Origin: Acidobacteriota bacterium
Lineage (GTDB): Bacteria > Acidobacteriota > UBA6911 > JACQSX01
Reading direction: 5' to 3'
Assembly (NCBI GenBank): GCA_036507075.1
Contig: DASXQR010000088.1
Location: 2,253 to 66,252, forward strand
Length of the DNA stretch: 64,000 nucleotides
This document shows, one piece after another, positions 9,656-19,697 of this stretch. The position numbers and the translations under genes are program-made. Numbering within the stretch: position 1 is the stretch's first letter; the number at the start of each line of letters is the position of its first letter. A model generated the notes under the pieces. That model searched no databases. It saw nothing but the letters and a program-made list of their open reading frames with translations, and was not told where the DNA came from.

Positions 9656-10762
9656 ATGAGTGTTGCGGCAACAGACCTGCTCTTCAGAGCTCAGCAAGCA
9701 CGGGTGCGACTCGATGCCCACGTGCGCGAGATCGTCCTGTGGCATTTCAACCCGGAGACGGGATGTCCCTTCTGGCTGCAATACGCGGCCAGGCTCGGGT
9801 GGGATCCAAGACCGGAAATCGGCTCTTTCGAAGACCTCAGAAAGTTCCCGCCATTTGAAGACGACTGGCTGCGTGGTGGGCCGGTACGACGCTGGCTGCC
9901 CAAAGGACTCGAGGGCAAGCCGATCTTCACATTCGAGACGGGGGGAACGACCGGCGTGCCCAAAAGCCGCCTCCAGATCGAAGACTTCCGCGTCGATTAT
10001 GAAATGTTCAGCGAGACGCTTCCGGAGAAGTATTTTCCGCGGGGCGCCAACTGGCTGATGCTCGGACCTTCGGGCCCTCGCAGGCTGCGGCTTGCCGTCG
10101 AGCATCTTTGCCAGTACCGCGGCGGCATTTGCTTTTCAGTGGATCTGGACCCGCGGTGGGTGATCAAGCTAATCAAATGGGAAGAATCGGAAGCGCTGGA
10201 GCAGTACAAGGCTCACGTGATCGATCAGGCGATCACGGTGCTCGGCGCCGGCCACGATATCCGCTGCCTGTTCACCACGCCAAAGCTGCTCGAGGCTCTC
10301 GCCGAGGAACTCGAGAATCGCGGCGCCGGCATCAAAGCCGCCGGCATCACGGGAATCTTCGCCGGTGGAACGGAATTCACCCCGCAATACACGCGCTTTG
10401 CGATGGAAGAGCTTCTGGGCGAAGGCGTGTACCTGACGCCGACCTATGGCAATACGCTGATGGGGCTGGCCTGCTCCAAGCCGGTTACTGCCGAAGACGG
10501 CTACAAGATCACCTATTACGCTCCACAGCCTCGCGCCGTCATCGAAGTGGTCTCGCCGGACGATCGCGATCGGGTCGTAGACTACGGCGAAACCGGACGC
10601 GTGCGATTGACGACTCTGACTCGCGAGACCTTTATTCCCGGGTTCCTGGAGAGAGACGAAGGCGAGCGCGAGAAGCCCTGCGAGCAGTATCCGTGGGACG
10701 GCGTGAGCGGCGTTCGTCCGTTCCGCAAGCTCGCCGCCCAGACCACAGTGGGAGTCTACTGA
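9656..10762 (+). CDS. EhpF/GriC-like AMP-forming enzyme (PaaK/LuxE-related adenylating protein)
   Basis: WHFNPETGCPFW, P-loop ETGGTTGVPK, GPSGP, DLDPRWV, YGNTLMG and ERDE motifs as in phenazine-modifying EhpF. Confidence 0.8.
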   Translation: MSVAATDLLFRAQQARVRLDAHVREIVLWHFNPETGCPFWLQYAARLGWDPRPEIGSFEDLRKFPPFEDDWLRGGPVRRWLPKGLEGKPIFTFETGGTTGVPKSRLQIEDFRVDYEMFSETLPEKYFPRGANWLMLGPSGPRRLRLAVEHLCQYRGGICFSVDLDPRWVIKLIKWEESEALEQYKAHVIDQAITVLGAGHDIRCLFTTPKLLEALAEELENRGAGIKAAGITGIFAGGTEFTPQYTRFAMEELLGEGVYLTPTYGNTLMGLACSKPVTAEDGYKITYYAPQPRAVIEVVSPDDRDRVVDYGETGRVRLTTLTRETFIPGFLERDEGEREKPCEQYPWDGVSGVRPFRKLAAQTTVGVY

Positions 10763-10780
10763 ACAACCTGTGAGGAACCG

Positions 10781-12220
10781 ATGGCCATACTGAATATTCC
10801 AATCCTTAGATGGGGCCAGCCCTACACCAGTCTTGAAACCGAAGATGTGGTCCATTTCATCACCGGCGAAACACTGGCGCGAGTGAGCCAGGCCAACACG
10901 GGTCTTCTCGGCCGCGACATGCGACAGGCCGAGCGCGCCCGGAACGTTCTCACCAAGGTTTCAATCCCGGATCTGATCGCGATGATGAAAAAGGCCGCGG
11001 ACCTTTATCTGCACGCAACGCTGCCGATGGGTGATGGGGCACAGACACCGGAAGATTTCGCGCGCCAGCAGTCGGCAAGCACCGGCCTGCCCGAGCATAT
11101 GTGCAAGGCCAACATGAGCAAGAACCACTTCGTGCTTTCGAATATGAAAAAGATCCTGGACTCGCTTACTCGCGGTTTGGATCTGAACATCCTGACGCGC
11201 GGCTATGGAATCGAGCCTTCCGGCGTGATGGTCAGCTATCAGGCGCAAGCGTCCGTGCTGGGACTGGTGCTGCCTTCCAACTCGCCGGGTGTTCATACGC
11301 TGTGGCTGCCGGTGGTTCCGATGCAGATCGGACTGCTGCTCAAGCCGGGTCCTCAGGAACCGTGGACTCCGTATCGGATGGCCGCCGCGTTTACCGAAGC
11401 CGGTGTGCCCAGAGAAGCGATCTCGATCTATCCGGGCGGCGGCGAGATGGGCGCCGAAGTGGTGCGCCGATCGAACCGCACGATGATCTTCGGCGGAACC
11501 CCCACGGTGGAAAGCTACCGGGGCGACGCGCGCGTTCAAGTGCACGGGCCCGGCTTCACTAAAATCCTGGTGGGCGACGACGTCGTGGACCAGTGGGAGA
11601 AGTACCTGGATGTGATGGTTGACAGCGTGTTTGCAAACAGCGGTCGAGGCTGCATCAATTGCTCGGGCATCTGGGCCTCGCGACACACCCGAGAAATCGC
11701 CGAAGCTCTGGCCGAGCGAATGGGGCCGGTCGAGCCGAAGCCGCCCGAGGACCAAAACTCAAGACTGGCCGCGTTCACGGTGCCCGGCGCAGCCAGAGCC
11801 ATCTGGGCGAGCATCGACTCCGGCTTGCATGACGGGGGAGTCGAACATGTTACCGCCAGGTTCGGCGCGCGCCTGGTGGAGAAGCAGCGCTGCGGATATC
11901 TGAGGCCGGTGGTGATCCACTGCGACTCACCCGACGGCACGCTGGCCAATACCGAATTCATGTTCCCCTTTGTGAGCGTGATCCGATGCCCGCAACAGGA
12001 GATGCTGAAGCGGATCGGATCGACGCTGGTCGCGAGCGCGATTACTTATGATGCGGAGTTTCAGCGGCAACTCTTGAGTGCCACGCACATCGACCGGCTG
12101 AACCTGGGCCCGGTCCCTACCATTCAGCTCGACTGGCTGCAGCCGCACGAAGGCAACATCGTCGAGTTCCTTTTCCGCCCCCGGGCCTTCCAGTCGCATC
12201 TTGAGAAGATGGCCGTTTAA
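10781..12220 (+). CDS. Aldehyde-dehydrogenase-fold reductase (EhpG/GriD/LuxC-like)
   Basis: PSNSPGVH, KPG..EPWT, catalytic NSGRGCINCS, EFMFPF; HGPG replaces the usual ELGG; 18 nt after the partner gene. Confidence 0.8.
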   Translation: MAILNIPILRWGQPYTSLETEDVVHFITGETLARVSQANTGLLGRDMRQAERARNVLTKVSIPDLIAMMKKAADLYLHATLPMGDGAQTPEDFARQQSASTGLPEHMCKANMSKNHFVLSNMKKILDSLTRGLDLNILTRGYGIEPSGVMVSYQAQASVLGLVLPSNSPGVHTLWLPVVPMQIGLLLKPGPQEPWTPYRMAAAFTEAGVPREAISIYPGGGEMGAEVVRRSNRTMIFGGTPTVESYRGDARVQVHGPGFTKILVGDDVVDQWEKYLDVMVDSVFANSGRGCINCSGIWASRHTREIAEALAERMGPVEPKPPEDQNSRLAAFTVPGAARAIWASIDSGLHDGGVEHVTARFGARLVEKQRCGYLRPVVIHCDSPDGTLANTEFMFPFVSVIRCPQQEMLKRIGSTLVASAITYDAEFQRQLLSATHIDRLNLGPVPTIQLDWLQPHEGNIVEFLFRPRAFQSHLEKMAV

Positions 12221-12301
12221 TGCCTGAGGGATTGTCACGAAGGCACGAAGACACAAAGGGCAGGGATTGAGCCAGCAGTGCCACGCCTGCAACAGCCTGC
12301 C

Positions 12302-12469
12302 TGAACCGCGAAGAACGCGAAGAACGTTAAGAATTGCTTTTTTATTCCGGCAGTTCAAATGTTACTGCACTTTACACGTGACACTTCTTCAGAACTTTCA
12401 ATTACCCGCAGTCAGCCGGTTGTTCGGACCCATGATGAGCTTAGCGTTCTTGGCGTTCTTCGCGGTTCA
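12302..12469. repeat. Inverted 9-mer array element with ~110-nt spacer
   Basis: TGAACCGCGAAGAACGCGAAGAACGTTAAG ... CTTAGCGTTCTTGGCGTTCTTCGCGGTTCA. Confidence 0.85.
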
Positions 12470-12475
12470 AGCTTT

Positions 12476-13740
12476 TCACCGGACTCGGCCATTACCCTCG
12501 ACGAGGCGGACCACTCGATCAGCGGGTCCGCCTGCGAAATCTTCAACCAATCCATTAGGCCAACGCACCGTCACGCCGTCAAATCGGTCCCTCAGGCCCA
12601 GCCCAAAGTGCAGCCGGCGGTCGCTTTGCGACAGAAAGCTCGACTGGCTGAGAACGGCCACAGTCTGCTGGAGTGAACCGGCTCGAAGCATCGCGATGGC
12701 GCCGATTGCGCTGCGATTGGAGCGTGTGCCTTGCAGCAGCAGCGAAACCCAGTGGTTCCCGCGCTGCAGTTCATTGCGCAACAGCGAGGGCGGCTCGCCC
12801 ATGTTCATAATCAAGACATCGATGTCACCGTCATTGTCGAAGTCGCCGAATGCCGCTCCCCGGCTGGAATGCTGCTCGGCTACTGCCGGACCGGCCAGAG
12901 GACTCACGTCCTCAAAACTCCCGTTGCCAAGGTTTCGGAACACCAGGCGCGGGTTGCAATAGCCCCGCGAGCGCGCCATCCGGTTGGCCTCTACCTACGT
13001 ATGCCCGTTGACCTGGAAAATATCCGTCTGGCCGTCATTGTCCAGATCGACCAGTCCGACACCCCATCCCACGTAGCGCCAGTCGTCGGCCAAACCGGCT
13101 GATGCCGCTTCATCCATGAAGTATTCCCGGTCCACGTTCCGATAGAGGTTTGGGAGGTCGTCCTCGAAATTGGTCTTGACCAGGTCGAGGTAGCCATCAT
13201 GATTGTAGTCGCCGACGGCTACCCCCATACCCGCTTGTTCGTAGCCGTTCTGGTTCAACGCCACCCCGGCCTGAAGGCCGATCTCGGCAAAGGTCCGATC
13301 GCGATTATTGCGAAACAGCAAGCTTGGGGTGCCGTCGCAAACGACATAAATATCCGTCCAGCCGTCGCGCGTGAGGTCGGTTGCTACCGCCGTCAATCCG
13401 AAGCATCGATGATCGCCGCGCAGTCCGGCCTGCCTGGAGACATCCTCGAAGGTTCCGTCACCCCGATTGCGATAGAGCGTGGAGACTCCGCCGCGGCCTA
13501 TAGGCGGGCCACAGGCGACAGGGATACCCTTCCATTCGCAGGCCGATTTTCCAGCCGATCGTGGGCTGCCATAACTGGTCACAAATAGATCCAGCCGGCC
13601 GTCGCGATCATAATCAATAAACGTGCAGCCGGTGCTCCATTCCTCGGACGGACCGGCAGTGCCGCTCTGCGCGGTGACATCGGCAAACGCGCCGTTTCCC
13701 AGGTTGCGGTAGAGTGCGTTGGAGCCCCAATAAGTCTGGG
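12476..13740 (-). pseudogene. CRTAC1-family (FG-GAP/VCBS + ASPIC-UnbV) gene, 5'-truncated and with an in-frame TAG
   Basis: DYDRDGRLDLFV, GDYNHDGYLDL and SFLSQSDRRLHFGLG motifs; ORFs 12995-13774 and 12476-12979 share a frame across the TAG at 12995-12997; N-terminal part missing. Confidence 0.85.
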
Positions 13741-13766
13741 AGCCGCCTGTTGCTGTTCCTGATATT

Positions 13767-13795
13767 TTGCACATTTATGTGCCGTAATGTACAAT
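13767..13795 (+). promoter_or_regulatory. Sigma70 promoter and operator of the phd-vapC operon
   Basis: TTGCAC-N17-TACAAT; palindrome GCACATTTATGTGC (13769-13782) and TGTACA core (13788-13793) overlap it. Confidence 0.75.
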
Positions 13796-13828
13796 ATCGG
13801 CGACTTCTCCACTTTGGAGGCCTATTAC

Positions 13829-14059
13829 ATGAAAACTGTCACTTTCACGGAATTTCGGAGGAACGCGTCGGAAGTCTTGGACCTGGTTGAAGAAGGCGAG
13901 ACGGTCCGCATCCTTCGCCACGGCAGGGCAATTGCCAAGATAGTTCCTGCCGATCCTCGCGAGGCCAAACCCGCATGGAAGCGCCGTGGCCTGCGTTTGA
14001 TCGCAGCGGGGGCCTCGCTCAGCAAGGCCGTGCTGGAGGAGAGGCGGTCCCCACGTTGA
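13829..14059 (+). CDS. Phd/YefM family antitoxin
   Basis: MKTVTFTEFRRNASEVLDLVEEGETVRILRHGRAIAKIVP; SD GGAGG. Confidence 0.92.
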   Translation: MKTVTFTEFRRNASEVLDLVEEGETVRILRHGRAIAKIVPADPREAKPAWKRRGLRLIAAGASLSKAVLEERRSPR

Positions 14060-14478
14060 ATGTCTTTCTCGACTCAACGGCGCTTGCCAAACGTTATGTC
14101 CAGGAGTCCGGAAGCGATCGCGTCGAAGAAATTTTGTCTTCGGCATCGTCTTTGGGCGTTTCTGTGATTTGTCTTTCGGAGGTTATTTCTGCGCTCTGCA
14201 GGCGTCGGCGGGAGAAAAAGCTGTCAAAACAGCAATACTTGAAGGCTAAGCAGGCCATCTTTGCGGACATTGAAGATACCAGCGTTATCAACCTCACCGA
14301 CCAGGTCATCGCGCGCGCCGTCGAACTCCTCGAGCGGTGGCCATTGCGGTCGTCCGATTCGCTCCACATAGCCTGCGCAGCAGAGTGGTCCGCGGACTTG
14401 TTGGTTTCCGCCGACGAAAAGCAGTGCGCAGCGGCGCGTAGTTACGGACTTCAAGTGGAACAGTTGCCCGTCGGCTAA
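14056..14478 (+). CDS. vapC: VapC-type PIN domain toxin
   Basis: FLDSTALAKRYVQESGS and LRSSDSLHIA motifs; TTG start overlaps the antitoxin stop (TTGA). Confidence 0.9.
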   Translation: MNVFLDSTALAKRYVQESGSDRVEEILSSASSLGVSVICLSEVISALCRRRREKKLSKQQYLKAKQAIFADIEDTSVINLTDQVIARAVELLERWPLRSSDSLHIACAAEWSADLLVSADEKQCAAARSYGLQVEQLPVG

Positions 14479-14810
14479 CGATGCATTGGGAGCGGAGAGA
14501 CATCATGAGGGCTGTCGCGGCAGTTTACATCGCGCCGCTGGACATCAGAGCCCGAGCGCAGCGAGGGACCCTCCAGAGTGACACTTGAGCGTCCTGTAGA
14601 TCGGGCTGCATTCCCGACTTACTCTTGAGGGTCGCTCACTTCGTTCGCGCTCTGAGATCGCGGAATCCAGTGGCACCCGACCGTGAAATGTCCAAACTCC
14701 TGGCGAGGCTCTGCCTCGCCGTCGACAACTTCACGCACGTTTTCGAGGCTTCGCGCGGCGACAGAATGTCGGGCGTTTTCCGACCATGAACAGTGTCTTC
14801 CCGAAATGTC

Positions 14811-15266
14811 TCATCTGGCCGCGGATCGTTGAAGCGGATTGATCGTTTCCAGATCGTCAAAGACCTTGAAATCATTCCGATCGCAAGTGATCAGCGCGGT
14901 TACACCGTTGTCCAGCAAGGTGGCGACAAGATAAGTATCCAGCAGACGCTTCCGGCCGAGTGAATAGCGCCTCAACATCTGCAACGCTCTGCTACCTGTT
15001 CCCGGTTGCGGGATCAACTGTCTCCAGTCAATGGTGTGCCAATACTCTTCGACTATCTCCGTACTTTCCTCCAGTGTCAGGGGAGGCTTGAACCGGCGTG
15101 AATCCGTCGTGATATGGATGAATTCCAGAAGCACCGGGAAGGTCACTGCGCAGGTGATTTCACCCGTCAAGACACGCCGCTCGAAAAACGACAGCACCCG
15201 CCTGTGTTCCGGCATGGACTGGATGGCCGAATAAATCAGGACGTTTGCGTCCACACCGCAGATCAA
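14811..15266 (-). CDS. vapC: VapC-type PIN domain toxin
   Basis: VDANVLIY, LLEF, LLDTYLVAT, LITCDRNDF. Confidence 0.88.
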   Translation of the reverse strand: MICGVDANVLIYSAIQSMPEHRRVLSFFERRVLTGEITCAVTFPVLLEFIHITTDSRRFKPPLTLEESTEIVEEYWHTIDWRQLIPQPGTGSRALQMLRRYSLGRKRLLDTYLVATLLDNGVTALITCDRNDFKVFDDLETINPLQRSAAR

Positions 15267-15490
15267 CCCAGCATCTCCTCCTGGATTTCCTCCTTCCTCC
15301 AGCGTCGTTTCAATTTCGGCTTAGCCGTTGTGGGCATACGTCGCAGGCGTGTCTGCGGGGCAATCCGGCTGCTGTGGTACCATTCCATCGCTTCCCGGAT
15401 CAGCTCGGCCACCGGCCGATCCTGCCGCCTGGCATATTCCTGAAACACGGCGTACGTCTTCTCCGACACATAAACAGATATAGGTCGCAT
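15263..15490 (-). CDS. Ribbon-helix-helix (CopG/VapB-like) antitoxin
   Basis: ISVYVS beta-strand, then RPVAELIREAM helices; 4-nt overlap with the PIN gene. Confidence 0.85.
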   Translation of the reverse strand: MRPISVYVSEKTYAVFQEYARRQDRPVAELIREAMEWYHSSRIAPQTRLRRMPTTAKPKLKRRWRKEEIQEEMLG

Positions 15491-15765
15491 ATATATATAT
15501 TCTACATTTTGTATCGAGATACAACAACCATTGCAGCTCGCGCGCGGTTACGCAGCCCGCGACCAGCAGGATCTTCTCCCGCTTGACGTTCGCTGAATTT
15601 CCTGTTCGTGAAATAGCAGCGGCTCTCCCGCTTTCCCTCCGGGTGCGAAGCTCTGCTTCGCCGGACGATGCCTTCCACTTTGTTTTTTCGCGAGGCACAG
15701 GCCTCACAATCCGAGAAGCATAGACTGAACGGCGCAGATGTCGCAAAATGAACCGGGAAGATCCA

Positions 15766-17154
15766 ATGGCAGCCAAGAGCTCTCGAAAGATAATGTGGCT
15801 CGCACGGGAATTGATCGTTTTGGCGATGCTCGTGCTGGGGGGTGTCGCAGATGCGGCTTTTGGGTGCAGTTGCGTAGGCTATTCGGGACCGTGTGAGGCG
15901 TATGACCGGGCCGAGGTGGTGTTTGTCGGCCCAGTGCGGGAAATCAGCGAAACGACAACAGAGCTTGGCGCCGGCGCGGAACGCATGAAATTTCCGGCAA
16001 GATTGGTGCGTCTGGGTGTCGAAGAACGGTTTAAAGGTGTGGATACACCGGAATTGGTGGTGAGAACAGGTTTGGGAGGCGGCGACTGTGGTTTTCAATT
16101 CGAAAAGGGCGAGCGCTACCTGGTCTACGCGTCGCGAACGTCAGCAGGGCTCCAACTGGAGACAAACATATGCACTCGCACGCGTGCGGTCACCCGGGCC
16201 AAAGACGACCTGGATTACCTTAGAACTTTGCCCGCGTCGCGCCTTACAAGCCGGATTAGCGGGAGTGTCGAACTTTACGCCCACGACGCCGGCAAGCGCG
16301 GCTGGCATTTGGTGAGACCGCTGCCGGGAATAACTGTCGTTACTGACGGCGTTCGCGGTCACTACGAAACCGTTACCGACGCAGAAGGCTATTACAAGCT
16401 TGTCGGCATTCCCGCAGGCGAGTACCGGATAAAAGCCCGGCTTCCTGCGAAAATGACGACCAGGGACTCGGAAAGACAAGTCAAACTGTCAGAAAACGGG
16501 TGTGCCGAATTAAGCATTGCCGTTGAGTACGACGTAAAAATCAGTGGTCATGTCCACGATGATCAAGGGCGTCCGCTAAAAGAGATCCAGGTACAGATCG
16601 TAAATGTTGCACACCTCTCGGTCGATAAGGACCGCGCATACCCGATACTGATGAGCAAAACAGATTCAGGTGGGCATTATGAATTCGATCTGGTGCCGCC
16701 CGGCAGGTACGTCGTTGGTGTAAACATCGCGAGCGAGCCAAGTCTGGGCATTCCGTTTCCGAGGACCTTTGTTCCAGGCGTACCCGACAAGACGGGAGCC
16801 AGCGTGATCCGGGTTTCAGAAGGCCAGAAGGTCCATAATTTGGATCTTCAGTTGCCTCCACGCCTGCCAATCTACGACATCGACGGTGTTCTCTTGCGGT
16901 CCGACAGCAGCCCCGTTCCCAATGTTACGATTTACATAACCGCATCGGAGGAATCCAATTCTCCTCGCCTGGATTCGACTGACACGGACAGTCGCGGCCG
17001 CTTCATTCTCGGAGCCTTCAGAGGAGCCGAGTGCTGGATTCATGTGGAATCACGCGATGGGAGCGCACAGCCAGAAGTGATCTCCTTTCGTCCTGTCAAG
17101 CTCACCATGCGGGACAACATCCCAAATCTGGTCCTGATACTCGGAAAGAAGTGA
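15766..17154 (+). CDS. Secreted protein with TIMP/NTR-like N-domain and carboxypeptidase-regulatory-like (transthyretin-fold) repeats
   Basis: Signal peptide then CSC; GGGDCGFQFEKGERYLVYA; repeated TDxxGxY/F motifs. Confidence 0.8.
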   Translation: MAAKSSRKIMWLARELIVLAMLVLGGVADAAFGCSCVGYSGPCEAYDRAEVVFVGPVREISETTTELGAGAERMKFPARLVRLGVEERFKGVDTPELVVRTGLGGGDCGFQFEKGERYLVYASRTSAGLQLETNICTRTRAVTRAKDDLDYLRTLPASRLTSRISGSVELYAHDAGKRGWHLVRPLPGITVVTDGVRGHYETVTDAEGYYKLVGIPAGEYRIKARLPAKMTTRDSERQVKLSENGCAELSIAVEYDVKISGHVHDDQGRPLKEIQVQIVNVAHLSVDKDRAYPILMSKTDSGGHYEFDLVPPGRYVVGVNIASEPSLGIPFPRTFVPGVPDKTGASVIRVSEGQKVHNLDLQLPPRLPIYDIDGVLLRSDSSPVPNVTIYITASEESNSPRLDSTDTDSRGRFILGAFRGAECWIHVESRDGSAQPEVISFRPVKLTMRDNIPNLVLILGKK

Positions 17155-17273
17155 TGTGCGCTCCCATTCTCAAGGCTGCATCCGGCCGCTGATTTTACGC
17201 GGAGGTCACCGGATAGCAAGACTAGCCGCGGTTCTGCGCGAATTACACGGATTCTTCGTTCGAGCCGCGAATT

Positions 17274-17426
17274 CTATTCCTCGCTGTGTGTCTTCTTTTG
17301 CGTCGTACCTCCTGATTCCTGGGCGTCGATTCGATTTTTGTTTCGACGCGAGTTGAGATGCAACCCAATCAGGGAGGCGACGGAAAGCGCTATCAGTATA
17401 AGGACGACAAGGTTCTCACTATTCAT
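17274..17426 (-). CDS. Small single-pass membrane protein (50 aa)
   Basis: SD AGGAG, ATG at 17426; LVVLILIALSVASLIGLHL helix followed by a charged tail. Confidence 0.7.
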   Translation of the reverse strand: MNSENLVVLILIALSVASLIGLHLNSRRNKNRIDAQESGGTTQKKTHSEE

Positions 17427-17505
17427 AACATCATCTCCTAAAGCGACAGGCTGGCGCATGAACCACCAGCGTCTGACGGTGATTTCGGAATTTCAGAAGC
17501 AGTTT

Positions 17506-17883
17506 CTACCGGGCGAGAGGAGATGTGGGAGGAGGCCCGCGGGTGATCGGGCCGGACCTGAAAACGTCCTTCGGCGGACGAACCGTTAAATCCGGCGATA
17601 GTGTGACGGCGGAAATCGGGCAAATCGATACTCCAAACGGCAGAAGCTTCAGCCCATGCCCCCAATGCAAAGCGCGGCTCTTCAGGCCTGCTGTGAAGGA
17701 CAATCGCTGTTCGGGGCGGATCTTTGCGGCGGATGCGACGGAAGTTGCATCCAGAAGGGCGTGGAGAGCAGATGCTTCAGCCCCAAAAACGGCAGAGCGT
17801 GGACTCGGCGCGGCGGTCAAACCAGCCGATGCGCCCAGTGCGACAATCAGCAATAGTATCGCGGCCTTGTTCATTCCCTGCAT
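17506..17883 (-). CDS. Putative exported leader / ribosome-arrest peptide ending in RGPP
   Basis: Signal peptide MNKAAILLLIVALGASAGLTA; C-terminal ...GPITRGPPPTSPLAR*. Confidence 0.6.
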   Translation of the reverse strand: MQGMNKAAILLLIVALGASAGLTAAPSPRSAVFGAEASALHALLDATSVASAAKIRPEQRLSFTAGLKSRALHWGHGLKLLPFGVSICPISAVTLSPDLTVRPPKDVFRSGPITRGPPPTSPLAR

Positions 17884-18029
17884 GAATCCAGTTTATCAGG
17901 TCGGCGCCGATCTAAGGTAATTACAGAATGCAGTCAGCCCAGCCGCGCAGCGGCGCGAAGCGAAAGTCATCGTCTCCCCCTGCACCGTTTGTGGTTCGAT
18001 AACAGGCAGACAAGGCAGGCGCCCCATGC

Positions 18030-19364
18030 TCATGGAGGAACTTCGAGTTCAAGATTCCAGTCGTCGTTGGATTGCCAAAAGGGTTTGCTCGCGGGACGAT
18101 TCAACAAACTCCTGTATCGGCGGACAGTGTAATAAAGAGGAAGCGGCGTGTCGGGGTCGACGGTGAGCCGAAACGAAGATTCGCTTAGCTTCTCGTATCG
18201 CAGCTTCAACCGGTCGCCTCCGGGAGCCAGCGCTTGCGGCTCGTTAAGCCACGTGGTGAATTCAGGCTCGCCGGCGGGCAGTCTTCGCATTCGCCGGGCC
18301 ATCGCGATCGCCTTGACGGCCAAGGTGGTGAGTCGATGCCGCGTGGCGGTGTTGAGAGATTCACTTAAGACACGCCTCGAATCGGGCATGGGGATTCTGC
18401 GCCGCCATGCTGCGGAGCTTCCCGCAGTTCTCTTCGGAAGCGGGATCGAACCGGTGCGATTTTGAATCCAGCCCTCCATGCGATTCAGATAATCAATATG
18501 CGGTGTAACGTCAGGCGGGCCGAAGAACCAATCAAACAGCAAGCGTGGGGACAATGCCTCCGCCCTGGCGTCGGTTTCGGTCTGATCGAACCGGTGCATA
18601 AGTCTGTGCCGAAGATAGGAATAGAAAAGGAGTTCGCCATGCACGTAATCGGCTGCCCACTTGAAATAAGGATGCTGCTCACGCAGCCAGGAAGCTTGAG
18701 CATTCGCAGGCAATCGATTCTGAAGAGCCAGTTGGAAATAAATTTCATCACGGATGTTGTGCACTGACCTGGCCGCCTCGACATCAAACGATACGCGCGC
18801 CGCAAGATGAGCCTGGAAGAGACGATCTAAATTTGTGAGGTCCGGGCCGGGATCGGGACTGAGCATGGCGGAGTAGCCAAAATAATAGGCGCCCCATCTC
18901 GACACATGCAGGTTCGGTCCTCTCACCTGCGTGAGCGACTTCCCTGCTTCTTTGTCCCGGCGCGCCCAGCCACCGGTTCCGATCCGGAGAGATTTGTGTG
19001 CCAGCAGGATCCGGAGTTTTTTCCCTTGCCCTTCCAACTCTCTTAACAGTTCAATCAATCGGGCCGGAGGAGCTGCGGTTTGACCCATGGCCCACGCCTG
19101 CCAGGAGCGGCGCTGCGCCCACCATCTTGCAGATGGCGCGCGTGCCACCTCCGACTGCCAGGCCCAATACTCCTCCTGAACCGCTTCGTCAACCGGCCCT
19201 CCGGCAGCGAGCCACTCGAATGGATCTTCGGAAACGGGCGCTTGCGCTGCGCTGTTGTTTTTCTCCTCGGGCGCGGCGGCATTGCGAGACCGCAAGATAA
19301 TGACAAGAATTGAAAACGTCACTATTATCCCGGCGCCCGCGATCAGCAGCTTCTTCAAGACCAA
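18030..19364 (-). CDS. Hypothetical membrane-anchored protein
   Basis: 444-aa ORF with an N-terminal TM helix; no family recognised. Confidence 0.7.
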   Translation of the reverse strand: MVLKKLLIAGAGIIVTFSILVIILRSRNAAAPEEKNNSAAQAPVSEDPFEWLAAGGPVDEAVQEEYWAWQSEVARAPSARWWAQRRSWQAWAMGQTAAPPARLIELLRELEGQGKKLRILLAHKSLRIGTGGWARRDKEAGKSLTQVRGPNLHVSRWGAYYFGYSAMLSPDPGPDLTNLDRLFQAHLAARVSFDVEAARSVHNIRDEIYFQLALQNRLPANAQASWLREQHPYFKWAADYVHGELLFYSYLRHRLMHRFDQTETDARAEALSPRLLFDWFFGPPDVTPHIDYLNRMEGWIQNRTGSIPLPKRTAGSSAAWRRRIPMPDSRRVLSESLNTATRHRLTTLAVKAIAMARRMRRLPAGEPEFTTWLNEPQALAPGGDRLKLRYEKLSESSFRLTVDPDTPLPLYYTVRRYRSLLNRPASKPFWQSNDDWNLELEVPP

Positions 19365-19697
19365 TTCCCCCAGAAACGGCGGTCATGTATTGCACTTGGC
19401 GCCTTGATTCTACTTGCGTGAGTGTGCGGAGCGCACGCATCTTGCGCGCGACGTCGCTTCTTTCGCAGGTACTTTTGGAGGTGCCGCTCACGGCCTGATC
19501 GACCGTTTCTGCTACGCAGCATCCCACAACCGGACACTTGGGGCACAGGTACTCTTTCGTAAGTGGACCAGATTCCAATATTAATGGCACTCCTGCGGAG
19601 CGGTATGGTATTTGCTTGATGGACGATGCCGACTAAAGATTTTTGGACATGCGTGAACGCGGATTGGAGGGCGGATGAAGACGGAGTGGGAGAATCG

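Noticed and set aside
12995-12997. In-frame TAG in the CRTAC1 gene as possible pyrrolysine or readthrough
   Set aside because: It falls where the family has Tyr (NGHVY), one base from TAY, and the gene is also 5'-truncated; ordinary nonsense decay is simpler
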